From contig CAWJZV010000012.1 in NCBI GenBank assembly GCA_963847445.1, positions 1-64,000 of the forward strand: a DNA stretch of 64,000 nt. The letters are read 5' to 3'. The stretch is from an uncultured delta proteobacterium. GTDB lineage: Bacteria; Desulfobacterota; Binatia; UBA9968. Both the position numbers and the translations under genes were made by a program. Each line of letters begins with the position of its first letter. The first letter of the stretch is position 1. Positions 40,882 through 51,848 of the stretch are shown piece by piece. The notes below the pieces were generated by a model. The model worked only from the letters and a program-made list of their open reading frames with translations. It had not been told where the DNA came from and searched no databases.

Positions 40882-42078
40882 ATGAACAGCGATACGCTTA
40901 TGCCATTCGCGACCATCACCATCGGCGAGATCGTCGATGTCTTGCTGGTTGCGATTCTGGTCTACACCGCGATCGTATGGCTGCGCCGCACCAGAGCCGC
41001 GTTCGTGGTGCGCGGGATCCTGATTCTCGGTGCCGCCTACATGCTGGTGCGCTATCTGGACTTGCAGATGACCGCGTGGATTTTTCAAGCGTTCTTCGCG
41101 GTTTTTGTCGTGATGATCGTGGTGATCTTCCAAGAGGAGTTGCGCCAGATGTTCGAGCGCATCGCGGTGTGGAGTTTTAGCCGCCAGTCGGTGCCGACGG
41201 CGACTTCGGCCAGCGCCGATATCGTGGTTCGCACGTTGGCCGACTTGGCGCGCGATCATATCGGTGCCCTGGTGGTGATCGCGGGGAAGGATCCGATCGA
41301 TCGGCATATCACGGGCGGGATTGCGCTCAACGGTCGATTGAGCGTGCCGCTCTTGCGCAGCATTTTCGACACCCATTCACCCGGCCATGACGGCGCGGTA
41401 CTGATTGAGCACGATCGGCTGACGCGGTTCGCGGTCCATCTGCCGCTGTCGAAGGATCTAGCGCAGACGGCTCATGTGGGCACCCGCCATAGCGCGGCGT
41501 TGGGACTGGCGGAGCTTTGCGACGCGCTCTGTTTAGTCGTCTCAGAAGAACGCGGCACGATTTCCATCGCCCGCAACGGCCGGCTCCGGCAGCTCGACGG
41601 CTCCCAGGAGCTCGGTGCGTCGATTCAAAAATTCTTGCATGAGATGTTTCCAGTCAAGGCGAACGGCTCGCTGCGCTTGGGACTGTTGCGCGAAAATTGG
41701 CTTACCAAAGCCGTGTCGATCTGTCTGGCGATCGCGCTTTGGTATCTGTTCGTGCCGGGATCGAAGGTCGTCGAGATGAATTACAAGGTGCCTGTCACGG
41801 TCGAGAACCTGCCGGCAAACTTGCAAATCGAAGCGATCGATCCGCCGGTGGTTAGCGCCACTTTCAGCGCGCCGCTGCGTACTTTTTACCTTTTCGATCG
41901 GAAGAAAATTCGCATCAGCGCCGATGTCGCTATGGCGGAGTTGGGCCGGCGCACGTTTACTCTTTCCGATAAAGACCTGCGCTTTCCCAAGGAGCTGACC
42001 TTGCAAGAATTCAGCCCCACTTCGGTGCGGATTTCGGTCAAGAAAGCGCCGCAAGCGAACCCGTCCAATCGTGGATGA
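40882..42078 (+). CDS. Diadenylate cyclase (CdaA-type) fused to a TM and YbbR/CdaR-like domain
   Basis: Three N-terminal TMs, IFQEELR, HDGAV, GTRHSAALG, VSEERG, then ENWLTKAVSICLAIALW and a YbbR-like beta domain. Confidence 0.88.
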   Translation: MNSDTLMPFATITIGEIVDVLLVAILVYTAIVWLRRTRAAFVVRGILILGAAYMLVRYLDLQMTAWIFQAFFAVFVVMIVVIFQEELRQMFERIAVWSFSRQSVPTATSASADIVVRTLADLARDHIGALVVIAGKDPIDRHITGGIALNGRLSVPLLRSIFDTHSPGHDGAVLIEHDRLTRFAVHLPLSKDLAQTAHVGTRHSAALGLAELCDALCLVVSEERGTISIARNGRLRQLDGSQELGASIQKFLHEMFPVKANGSLRLGLLRENWLTKAVSICLAIALWYLFVPGSKVVEMNYKVPVTVENLPANLQIEAIDPPVVSATFSAPLRTFYLFDRKKIRISADVAMAELGRRTFTLSDKDLRFPKELTLQEFSPTSVRISVKKAPQANPSNRG

Positions 42079-42105
42079 GGTGAAGAGAAACAATTGGATG
42101 GCAAG

Positions 42106-44154
42106 ATGAACAAGAGGAAACGAAAAAACAACACCGGCGCTATTCGTCTGCCGCGAACGGCCGCGCCGATCGTCGCCGAGGGGCGCGAGCGGGTGGTCAT
42201 TGACGCCGTCAGGCCGATTGCCGACGGTGGCCGTTTCGCGATCAAGCGCATCGAAGGCGAGCGAGTTGTTGTCGAAGCAGATATCTTCGCCGATGGCCAC
42301 GATGAATTATCGGCGGCGCTCTTGTACCGCCACGGCGAGCGCGGCGAGTGGATCGAAGTGCCGATGCAGCCTTCGGCCAACGATATCTGGCGCGCTCAAT
42401 TCCAAGTCACCGGACTGGGCGATTACTATTATACGGTCCGAGCCTGGATCGATCGCTTCAAATCATGGCGCCATGGTTTCGAGAAAAAGCTCGCAGCTCG
42501 GACAGGATGTCGACGTCGAGCTGCTCGCCGGAGCCGAACTCGTGACACACGGTGCTAAGCGTGCGAACGGCAGCCATCGCAAAACGCTAGAACGCTTCGC
42601 TAAGGCGTTACGGGCGAAACCGATCAAAGCATCTGAGCTCGCGTTGACGGATGAACTGGCGACATTGATGGCGCAGTACCCCGACCGGCGTTGGGCGGTG
42701 ACCTATGGCAAAGAACTGCGCGTCGCCGTGGAGCGCAGACGGGCTCAGTTTAGCGCCTGGTACGAAATGTTCCCGCGCTCGTGCGCACCGACTGCCGGCG
42801 TCCATGGGACGTTCAAAGATTGCATCGCCCGGCTGCCCTACGTCGCGTCGATGGGATTCGACGTGCTCTATTTGCCGCCGATCCATCCGATCGGCAAGTC
42901 GTTTCGCAAAGGTAAAAACAATGCCATGAGCGCCGCGCCCGACGATGTCGGCAGTCCCTGGGCGATCGGCGCCAAGGAGGGCGGTCATAAATCGATTCAT
43001 CCGCAACTCGGGACGCTGGCGGATTTTCACCAGTTAGTCGCCAAGGCCAAGGAGCAGGGTCTGGAAATCGCTCTCGACATCGCGTTTCAGTGCACGCCGG
43101 ATCATCCTTATGTGAAAGAGCATCCCGAATGGTTTCGTAGACGTCCTGACGGTTCGATCCAATACGCCGAGAATCCGCCGAAGAAATACCAAGACATCTA
43201 TCCGATCGATTTCGAGAGCGAGGATTGGCAAGAGCTTTGGCGCGAGCTGAAAAGTGTTGTGATCTATTGGTGCGAGCAGGGCGTGCGGATCTTTCGGGTC
43301 GATAATCCGCACACCAAGGCTCTGCCCTTCTGGGAGTGGGTCATCGCCGAAGTTAGAAAAGAATATCCCGACACAATCTTTCTCGCCGAAGCGTTCACGC
43401 GCCCGAAAGTCATGTACCGTCTGGCCAAGCTCGGCTTCAGCCAGTCGTACAGTTATTTTGCCTGGCGCAACACAAGCGCCGAGCTAACCGAGTATTTCAC
43501 CGAGCTTACGCCAGACCGCAGTCGCCGAATACTTCCGCGCGAACCTGTGGCCGACGACGCCGGACATCCTGACCGAGTATCTGCAATTCGGCGGGCGCCC
43601 CGCGTTCATGGCGCGCTTGGTGCTGGCGGCGATGCTCGGGGCAAACTACGGGATCTACGGTCCCGCCTTCGAGCTTTGCGAAAATGTCGCGCGGGAGCCC
43701 GGCAGCGAGGAATATCTCGATTCGGAAAAATACCAGCTCAAACATTGGGATCTGGCGCAACCGGACAGCTTGAAAGAGTTCATCGCCCTCGTGAACCGGA
43801 TTCGACGCGACAATCCGGCGCTGCACGGCGACCGCAGCCTGAGATTTCACCCAGTCGATAATTCCGAGCTGATTTGCTTCAGTAAACAGTCCGAAGATCT
43901 GACTAACGTCATCGTCGTCGTGGTCAATCTCGACCCCCATCATAGTCAATCCGGCTGGGTTGATCTCGACGCCGAGTTGCTCGGGCTCGAACCCAAGCAA
44001 CCCTATCAGATGCATGAACTGTTAACCGGCGCCCGCTATCTCTGGCATGGCGCGCGAAACTTTCGTCCGACTCGACCCGCTGAGCATGCCGGCGCAGATT
44101 TTCCGGGTGCGCCATAAACTGCGCCGCGAGCAGGACTTCGATTATTTTCTGTAA
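42106..44154 (+). CDS. glgE: Alpha-1,4-glucan:maltose-1-phosphate maltosyltransferase (frameshifted)
   Basis: DIFADGHD, WYEMFPRS, ENPPKKYQDIYP, FRVDNPHTK, FLAEAFTRP, EEYLDSEKY, ends EQDFDYFL. Confidence 0.92.
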
Positions 44155-44160
44155 AACGAA

Positions 44161-47100
44161 ATGGATTAACGCCAATCGAGCCGTCAAGCACGAAACCGCG
44201 AAAGCGCCTCCCTGGAAGAGAATCCGCATTGGTACAAAGACGCGGTGATCTACGAAATCCATGTGCGCGCTTTTTGCGACGGCAATGGCGACGGCATCGG
44301 CGATTTTCGTCGGTCTCACGGAAAAGCTCGATTATTTGCAGGATCTGGGCGTCACGGCGCTGTGGCTTTTGCCCTTTTATCCCTCGCCGCTGCGCGACGA
44401 CGGCTACGATATCGCCGACTACACGAGCATCCATGCCGATTACGGCACGCTGCAAGATTTCAAGACGTTCTTGCGCGAAGCGCACCGGCGCGGGCTTCGC
44501 GTGATCACCGAATTGGTCATCAATCATACTTCCGACCAGCATCCCTGGTTTCAGCGCGCCCGCGAGGCCAAGCCGGGCAGCGCCGCGCGCGATTTTTATG
44601 TTTGGAGCGACAGCCAGGAGCAAGTATCAAGAGGCGCGGATCATTTTCAAAGACTTCGAGCCGTCCAATTGGACCTGGGATCCCGTCGCCAAGGCCTATT
44701 TCTGGCATCGCTTCTATGCCCATCAGCCCGATCTGAATTTCGACAATCCGGAGGTGAAGAAGGCGCTTTTCGCCGTCTTGGATTTTTGGCTCGACATGGG
44801 CGTCGACGGCCTGCGCCTCGATGCCGTGCCTTATCTCTACGAGCGCGACGGCACCAACTGCGAAAATCTGCCGGAAACCCATGCCTTTTTGAAAGAGCTG
44901 AGGCGCGCATGTCGACAAGCAATATAACAACCGCATGCTGCTCGCCGAGGCGAATCAGTGGCCGGAGGACGCCGTGGCCTATTTCGGCGCCGGCGACGAG
45001 TGCCACATGGCGTTTCATTTTCCGGTGATGCCGCGGCTGTTCATGGCGCTGCACATGGAAGATCGTTTCCCGATCATCGACATCCTCGAGCAGACGCCGG
45101 CGATTCCGGAATCGTGCCAGTGGGCGATGTTTCTGCGCAATCATGACGAGCTGACGCTCGAGATGGTCACCGACGAAGACCGCGACTACATGTACAAAGT
45201 CTACGCCAACGATCCGCGCGCGCGCATCAATCTCGGCATCCGCCGCCGCCTGGCGCCGCTTTTGGGCAACAATCGCCGGCGCATGGAGTTGCTCAATAGC
45301 CTGCTGTTCTCGCTCCCCGGCACGCCGGTGATTTATTACGGCGACGAGATCGGCATGGGCGACAATATTTATCTCGGCGACCGCAATGGCGTGCGCACGC
45401 CGATGCAGTGGAGCGCCGATCGCAACGCGGGTTTCTCGCGGGCCAATCCGCAGCAAGCTCTATTTGCCGGTCATTATCGATCCCGGAGTATCACTACGAA
45501 ACCGTCAACGTCGAAGCGCAGCAGCAGAATCCCAGCTCGCTTCTCTGGTGGATGAAGCGGTTGATCCTGCTGCGCAAGAGCTACCGCGCCTTCGGCCGAG
45601 GGCAGCATCGAGTTTCTCATGCCGGAGAATCGCAAGGCGCTGGTTTTCATCCGCCGCTACGAGGACGAGATTATCCTGGTGGCCGCCAATCTGTCGCGCT
45701 TCGTCAATTGCGCCGAGCTCGATCTGTCGGCTTACAAAGGCATGGTGCCGGTGGAGATGTTCGGCCATACGCGCTTTCCACCGATCGGCGAGTTGCCCTA
45801 TTTTCTCACCTTCGGCCCGCATGCCTTCTATTGGTTCAAACTCGAAGCCGCCGCAGACTGTCCGCAAGCGCGCTCGGTGATCGAAGACTTCGAGCCGGCG
45901 AAATTGACGGTGGCCGGCGGCTGGGAGCAGCATCCTCGAGGGAAAGCCGCGGGTCGGCTGTCGAGCGCACCCTGCCGGCTTATTTCATGAGTTGCCGGTG
46001 GTTCGGCGGCAAGGCGCAGCAGATCCGCTCGGTCAAAAATATCGACATCATTCCGTTCGATGGTCGACGGCAAGCGCCTTTATTACGACCTGGGAAGTGC
46101 AGTTTCTCGGCGCCACGCCGGAGAGTTATTTGCTGCCTCTCGCCTTTGCGACGGGCGAGCGCGCGTTTCGAACTGCGCCAGTCCAACCCGCACGCAGTGG
46201 TCGCGAAATCTCACCGTCAGGGAAAACGATCACGACAGCGAAGGGCTGCTCTACGACGCGCTCTATGACGCCAATTTTGCCAAGGCGCTGCTTTATGCGG
46301 TCGAGCGCGGCGCCGTTTCAAAGGCGCGAATACGCGAGTTGGCGGCGCTGCCAGCCGAAGGCGTTTCGCAAGCTGCGCGGCGACGCGGACGCTCACTCTG
46401 GAACCGTCGATGCTCAAACGCGAACAGAGCAACACTTCGGTGGTTTACGGCGACCGCATGATCTTGAAAATCTTCCGCCGGGTTACTGAGGGCGTCAATC
46501 CCGATCTCGAGATCGGCGGTTTCTCACCGAAAAGGCGGGCTTTGCACACACGCCGCCCCTCGCCGGGTCCATCTGGAGATGCGCAAGGGCCGGGGCAAGG
46601 GCGAGCCGACAACGGTGGGAATCTTCCAGGGCTGGGTTGCCAATGAAGGCGACGCTTGGCGCTATACGCTGGACAGCCTCGGCCATTTCGTCGACGGAAT
46701 TCTTACGCGTCCGCAAGACGCCGCCGCCGCGGCGCTGCCGGCGCAGCCGCTGATCGAGTTGGCGGAACAGGAGCTGCCCGAGTTGGCGCGCGAACTCATC
46801 GGGTCATATTTGCAGTCGGTTCATTTGCTCGGCCAGCGTACCGGGGAATTGCACGTGGCCCTCGCCTCGGACAGTAAAAGCCCGGCGTTTGCGCCGGAAC
46901 CGTTTACGGCGCTTTACCGCCGCTCGCTCTACCAGAGCATGCGCACGCTGGCGGACCAATCGCTGACGCTGTTAAGCGAGCGGCTGAAGGGACTGGCCGA
47001 ACCGGTTCGCGGCAGCGCGGAAAAAGTCGTGAAGCTGGAAACCGCCATCTTCGAGCGCTTTCGCCAAATCTCCGAAGCCAAGATCACCGCCATGCGCATT

Positions 47101-47553
47101 CGCTGCCACGGCGATTATCATCTCGGCCAGGTGCTTTTTACCGGTAAGGATTTTGTCATCATCGACTTCGAGGGCGAACCGGCGCGGCCGATGACCGAGC
47201 GGCGGATCAAGCGCTCGCCGCTGCGCGATGTCGCGGGGATGCTGCGATCCTTCGATTACGCGGCAGTCAGCAAGCTCAAAAGCGACCAGGTCCGGCCGGA
47301 TGATCTCGCTCGACTGCAACCATGGGCGCGCTTCTGGAACCGCTGGGTGTCGGTTAGTTTTTTAAAGGGTTATCTCGACGCGACCCGCCAGGCGGCCTTT
47401 CTGCCGAAATCCGCCAGCGAGCTAAGAGTGATGCTCGATGTCTATCTGCTCGAGAAAGCGGTCTACGAATTGGGCTATGAATTAAATAACCGTCCCGACT
47501 GGGTGATCGTGCCGATCACGGGGATCTTGGCATTGGTCGAGCGAAGTGAGTGA
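44161..47553 (+). CDS. treS: Trehalose synthase-maltokinase fusion (many frameshifts)
   Basis: [38 protein letters not shown], then maltokinase motifs [36 protein letters not shown]. Confidence 0.9.
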
Positions 47554-47622
47554 GCGCAACGTGATATCTGAAAAAACCGATCTGCGCGGCCTGCCTAAGA
47601 AGCGAGGAAGTGAGAGCGACGC

Positions 47623-49549
47623 ATGACTATGGAATCTTTAAGTCTTCTATCCGATCAAGATCTGTTTCTCTTCAACGAGGGCAGTCACTTTCGTCTGTAC
47701 GACAAACTCGGCGCCCATGTGGTCGCGCGCGGAAGCGCCGCCGGCGGCGACTTCGAGAGCGGCACCTATTTCGCGGTGTGGGCGCCCAACGCCAATCATG
47801 TCAGCGTCATCGGCGAGTTTAACGGTTGGGAGAAAGGCAGCCACTCCTTGCAACCCAAGGGCGATTCCGGCATCTGGGAAGGATTTCTTCCCAACATCGG
47901 CAAAGGCACGCTGTACAAGTATCACATCGGCTCGCGCTTCAACGGCTACAGCGCCGACAAGGCCGATCCGTTCTCCATCTTCAACGAGATTCCGCCGAAG
48001 TTCGCGTCCATCGTCTGGGATTTGGATTATCAATGGAAGGACCAGCAGTGGATGGGTGACCGGCAGCACCATCAGGGCCTCGACAAGCCGATGTCGATTT
48101 ACGAAATGCACGTCGGTTCCTGGCGGCGGATGCCGGGGAAGGCTCACCGCTCGCTGTCCTATCGCGAGTTGGCGGCCGAACTGGCGGATTACCTGCATCA
48201 CATGGGCTACACCCATGTCGAGTTTCTGCCGGTCATGGATCATCCGTTTTTCGGTTCCTGGGGTTATCAAGTCACCGGTTACTTCGCGCCATCGGGAAAC
48301 TACGGCACGCCGCAGGATCTGATGTATCTCATCGACACGCTGCACCAGCGCGGCATCGGCGTGATTCTCGACTGGGTGCCGTCGCATTTCCCCAGCGACG
48401 AACATGGCCTGGCATATTTCGACGGCACGCATCTTTACGAACATGCCGACCCGCGCCAGGGGTATCACCCGGAATGGAACAGCTACATCTTCAACTATGG
48501 CCGCAACGAGGTGCAGAGCTTTCTGATCAGCAACGCGCTGTTCTGGCTCGACAAGTATCACGCCGACGGTCTGCGCGTCGACGCGGTGGCATCGATGCTC
48601 TATCTCGACTATGCGCGCAAAGCAAGGCGAATGGATTCCCAACAAGTACGGCGGCAGGGAGAACCTCGAAGCGATCGAGTTTCTGCGCCGCTTGAACGCG
48701 GCGGTCTACGAGCATCATCCCGATGTCGAAACCATCGCCGAGGAATCGACCTCCTGGCCGATGGTGTCGCGGCCCAACTATGTCGGCGGCTTGGGCTTCG
48801 GCTTCAAGTGGGACATGGGCTGGATGCACGATACGTTGGAATACATGCGCCAGGATCCGATGCATCGCCGCTACCATCACAACAAGCTGACCTTTCGCAT
48901 GCTCTATGCCTTTCACGAGAATTTCGTCCTGCCGCTGTCCCATGACGAAGTCGTGTACGGCAAAGGTTCGCTGCTCGGCAAGATGCCCGGCGACGACTGG
49001 CAGAAGTTCGCCAACCTGCGCGCGCTCTTCGGCTACATGTACGCCCAGCCGTCGAAAAAACTGCTGTTCATGGGCGGCGAATTCGGCCAGTGGCGCGAAT
49101 GGACGCATGACGCGAGCTTGCAGTGGGAGCTGCTCGATCAGCCGTTGCACGCCGGCCTGCAGAAATGGGTGCGCGATCTCAATCATCTCTACAAGAACGA
49201 GCCGGCGCTCTACGAACAGGATTGCGATCCCGCCGGTTTCGAATGGATCGATTGCGGCGACGCCGAGGCAAGCGTGATCAGTCTCATGCGCAAGGGCAAA
49301 ACCACCTCGACGATTATTCTGGTCGTTTGCAACTTCACCCCGGTGCCGCGCTACAGTTACCGGGTCGGCGCGCCGCGCGGCGGCTTTTGGCACGAAGCCT
49401 TGAACAGCGATGCGGCGGTGTATGGCGGCAGCAACATGGGCAACCTCGGCGGCGTCGAAGCGGCGCCCGTCGCGCTGCACGGCCGATCCCATTCCTTGAC
49501 GATCACGTTACCGCCGTTGTCGGCGTCGTTTTTCAAGAGCGAGGGTTGA
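47623..49549 (+). CDS. glgB: 1,4-alpha-glucan branching enzyme (frameshift ~48620)
   Basis: [43 protein letters not shown]. Confidence 0.95.
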
Positions 49550-49763
49550 TCCTTGACGGCGCAGCCAAAAAATTCAGGAAGTTACTGCCACCGCGGCGGC
49601 CGCGGCAAAACGCCATCATCGACAAATTTAGCGCCTTGGCTCCGGCAACCGAGATCGGTTACGACCGCGAAAACGACCGCGAGCGGTATTCGTTCGCTGG
49701 AGACGGGATTACGATGATTCCGCGCGCCGCGGCGAAAAACCGTTGGACCACGAGCGATCGGGA

Positions 49764-51655
49764 GTGAGGCTAAAATTGCCGACCTGGATTGGCGCACAAT
49801 TGTTAGAGAACCAGCGCTGCCGGTTTCGCGTCTGGGCGCCGACGGCTCGCTCCGTCGATGTTACTATAATCGGTCCGAACGGACGCGCGGCGCCACTTGA
49901 CCGTGGCGCGGACGGATACTTCGCCGCGGAGCTTGAGGATATCCCGAGCGGCACGCTTTATCGTTACCGGCTCGATGGCGCGCAAGACCGGCCCGATCCG
50001 GCTTCACGATTCCAACCTCAGGGCGTGCACGGCCCCTCTGCGGTGATTGACGCGAATTTTCCCTGGGAAGACGCCTCCTGGTTGGGTTTGCCGCTGCCAC
50101 GCTACGTTATTTACGAACTGCACGTCGGCACTTTCACTAGCGCCGGCACGTTCGATGCCATCGTGCCGCATCTCGCCGAGCTCAAAGATCTCGGCATCAC
50201 GGCCATCGAACTGATGCCGGTGGCGCAGTTTCCCGGAAGCCGCAACTGGGGCTACGACGGCGTGCTGCCTTACGCCGTGCAAGATTCCTATGGCGGGCCG
50301 CAAGGTCTCAAACGCTTGGTCAACGCTTGTCATAAGATTGGCTTGGCGGTGATTCTCGACGTCGTCTACAACCATCTTGGGCCGGAGGGAAATTATCTCG
50401 CCGATTTCGGCCCTTATTTTACCGATCGTTATAAAACGCCGTGGGGCCCGGCGCTGAATTTCGACGGGCCGGATAGCGACCCGGTGCGCCGTTACTTTAT
50501 CGACAACGCGCTTTACTGGGTCTGTGAATTTCACATCGATGCGCTGCGTTTGGACGCGGTGCACACGATTTTGGATCACTCGCCGTACACTTTCCTCGAA
50601 CAATTGGCGAGACGAAGTCCACCAAGCCGCAAAGACCCTGAATCGCCAGATATTGCTTTTCCCGGAAAGCGCCGCCAACGACGCGCGCCTGATTCGCTCG
50701 CGCGAGGTTGGCGGCTACGGTCTCGACGCCCAGTGGAACGACGATTTTCACCACGCGCTGCGCGCCGTGTTGACCGACGAACGCTCCGGCTATTACGAGG
50801 ACTACGGCAAGTTTCAGCCAGTTCGTCAAAGCGTTCCGCGAGGGCTTCGTCTATTCCGGCGAGTATTCTAAACATCGCCGGCACCGCCACGGCACTTCGA
50901 CGCAAGACATTGCCGCCGAACGCTTTGTGGTGTTTTGCGCAAAATCACGATCAGGTGGGCAATCGCATGCTCGGCGAGCGGCTGAGCCAATTGGTTTCCT
51001 TCGAACCGTTGAAGCTGGCCGCCGCGGCGGTGATCCTTTCGCCGTATGTCCCGTTGCTTTTCATGGGCGAGGAATACGGCGAAGAGGCGCCGTTTCAGTA
51101 TTTCATCAGCCACGGCGACGCCGGTCTGATCGATGCCGTGCGCAACGGCCGGCGCGGCGAGTTCGCTTCCTTCGGTTGGCTAGGCGAACCACCCGATCCC
51201 GCAGGATGAAAAGACTTTTTTGCGCGCCAAGCTCAATCATCAGCTGAAAGGCGACGGCAAATACCGCGTGCTATGGGAGTTCTACCGAGAGCTGCTGCGC
51301 CTGCGTCAAGAGGTGGCGCCCTTGGCGCAGTTGAGCAAAGAGCACTGCGACGTCATCGGCTTCGACAACGATCGCGTCTTGTTGTTGCGCCGCTGGCAGC
51401 GGCAGCAAGTCGTCGTGACGCCTATTCAATTTCAATTCTGCGCCGGTGTCGCTGGCGCTGCCGATGGCGCCAGGCCGCTGGCGCAAGGTGCTCGACTCGA
51501 GCGAGGCGCGTTGGGACGGCGCTGGCAGCGAGCTGCCGGCGCAATTCGACTGCGCGGCAAGCGTCGAGTTTCGTTTACCGCCGTCGTCGTTGGCGTTATT
51601 CATGCGCGTCAAACACATCCAAAAAAAACTTCGAGGAGTAAAACGATCACGATGA
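49764..51655 (+). CDS. treZ: Malto-oligosyltrehalose trehalohydrolase (frameshifted)
   Basis: [48 protein letters not shown]. Confidence 0.9.
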
Positions 51656-51848
51656 AAGTTTGGCCAGGCAAACCTTATCCTCTCGGCGCCACCTGGGATG
51701 GCGCCGGAATTAATTTTGCGATCTTTTCCGAAAACGCCACGGCGTCGATCTTTGCCTATTTGATTGGTCTGACGGCAACAACGAAATAGGGAAGATCCCA
51801 GTGCGAGAAAATATTCACCGGGCATGCTCACAACGGGGTAGAAAATAA
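51652..51848 (+). pseudogene. glgX: N-terminal stub of glycogen debranching enzyme
   Basis: [30 protein letters not shown](G)VDLCLFD is the GlgX start, but only ~65 codons remain before treY. Confidence 0.8.
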
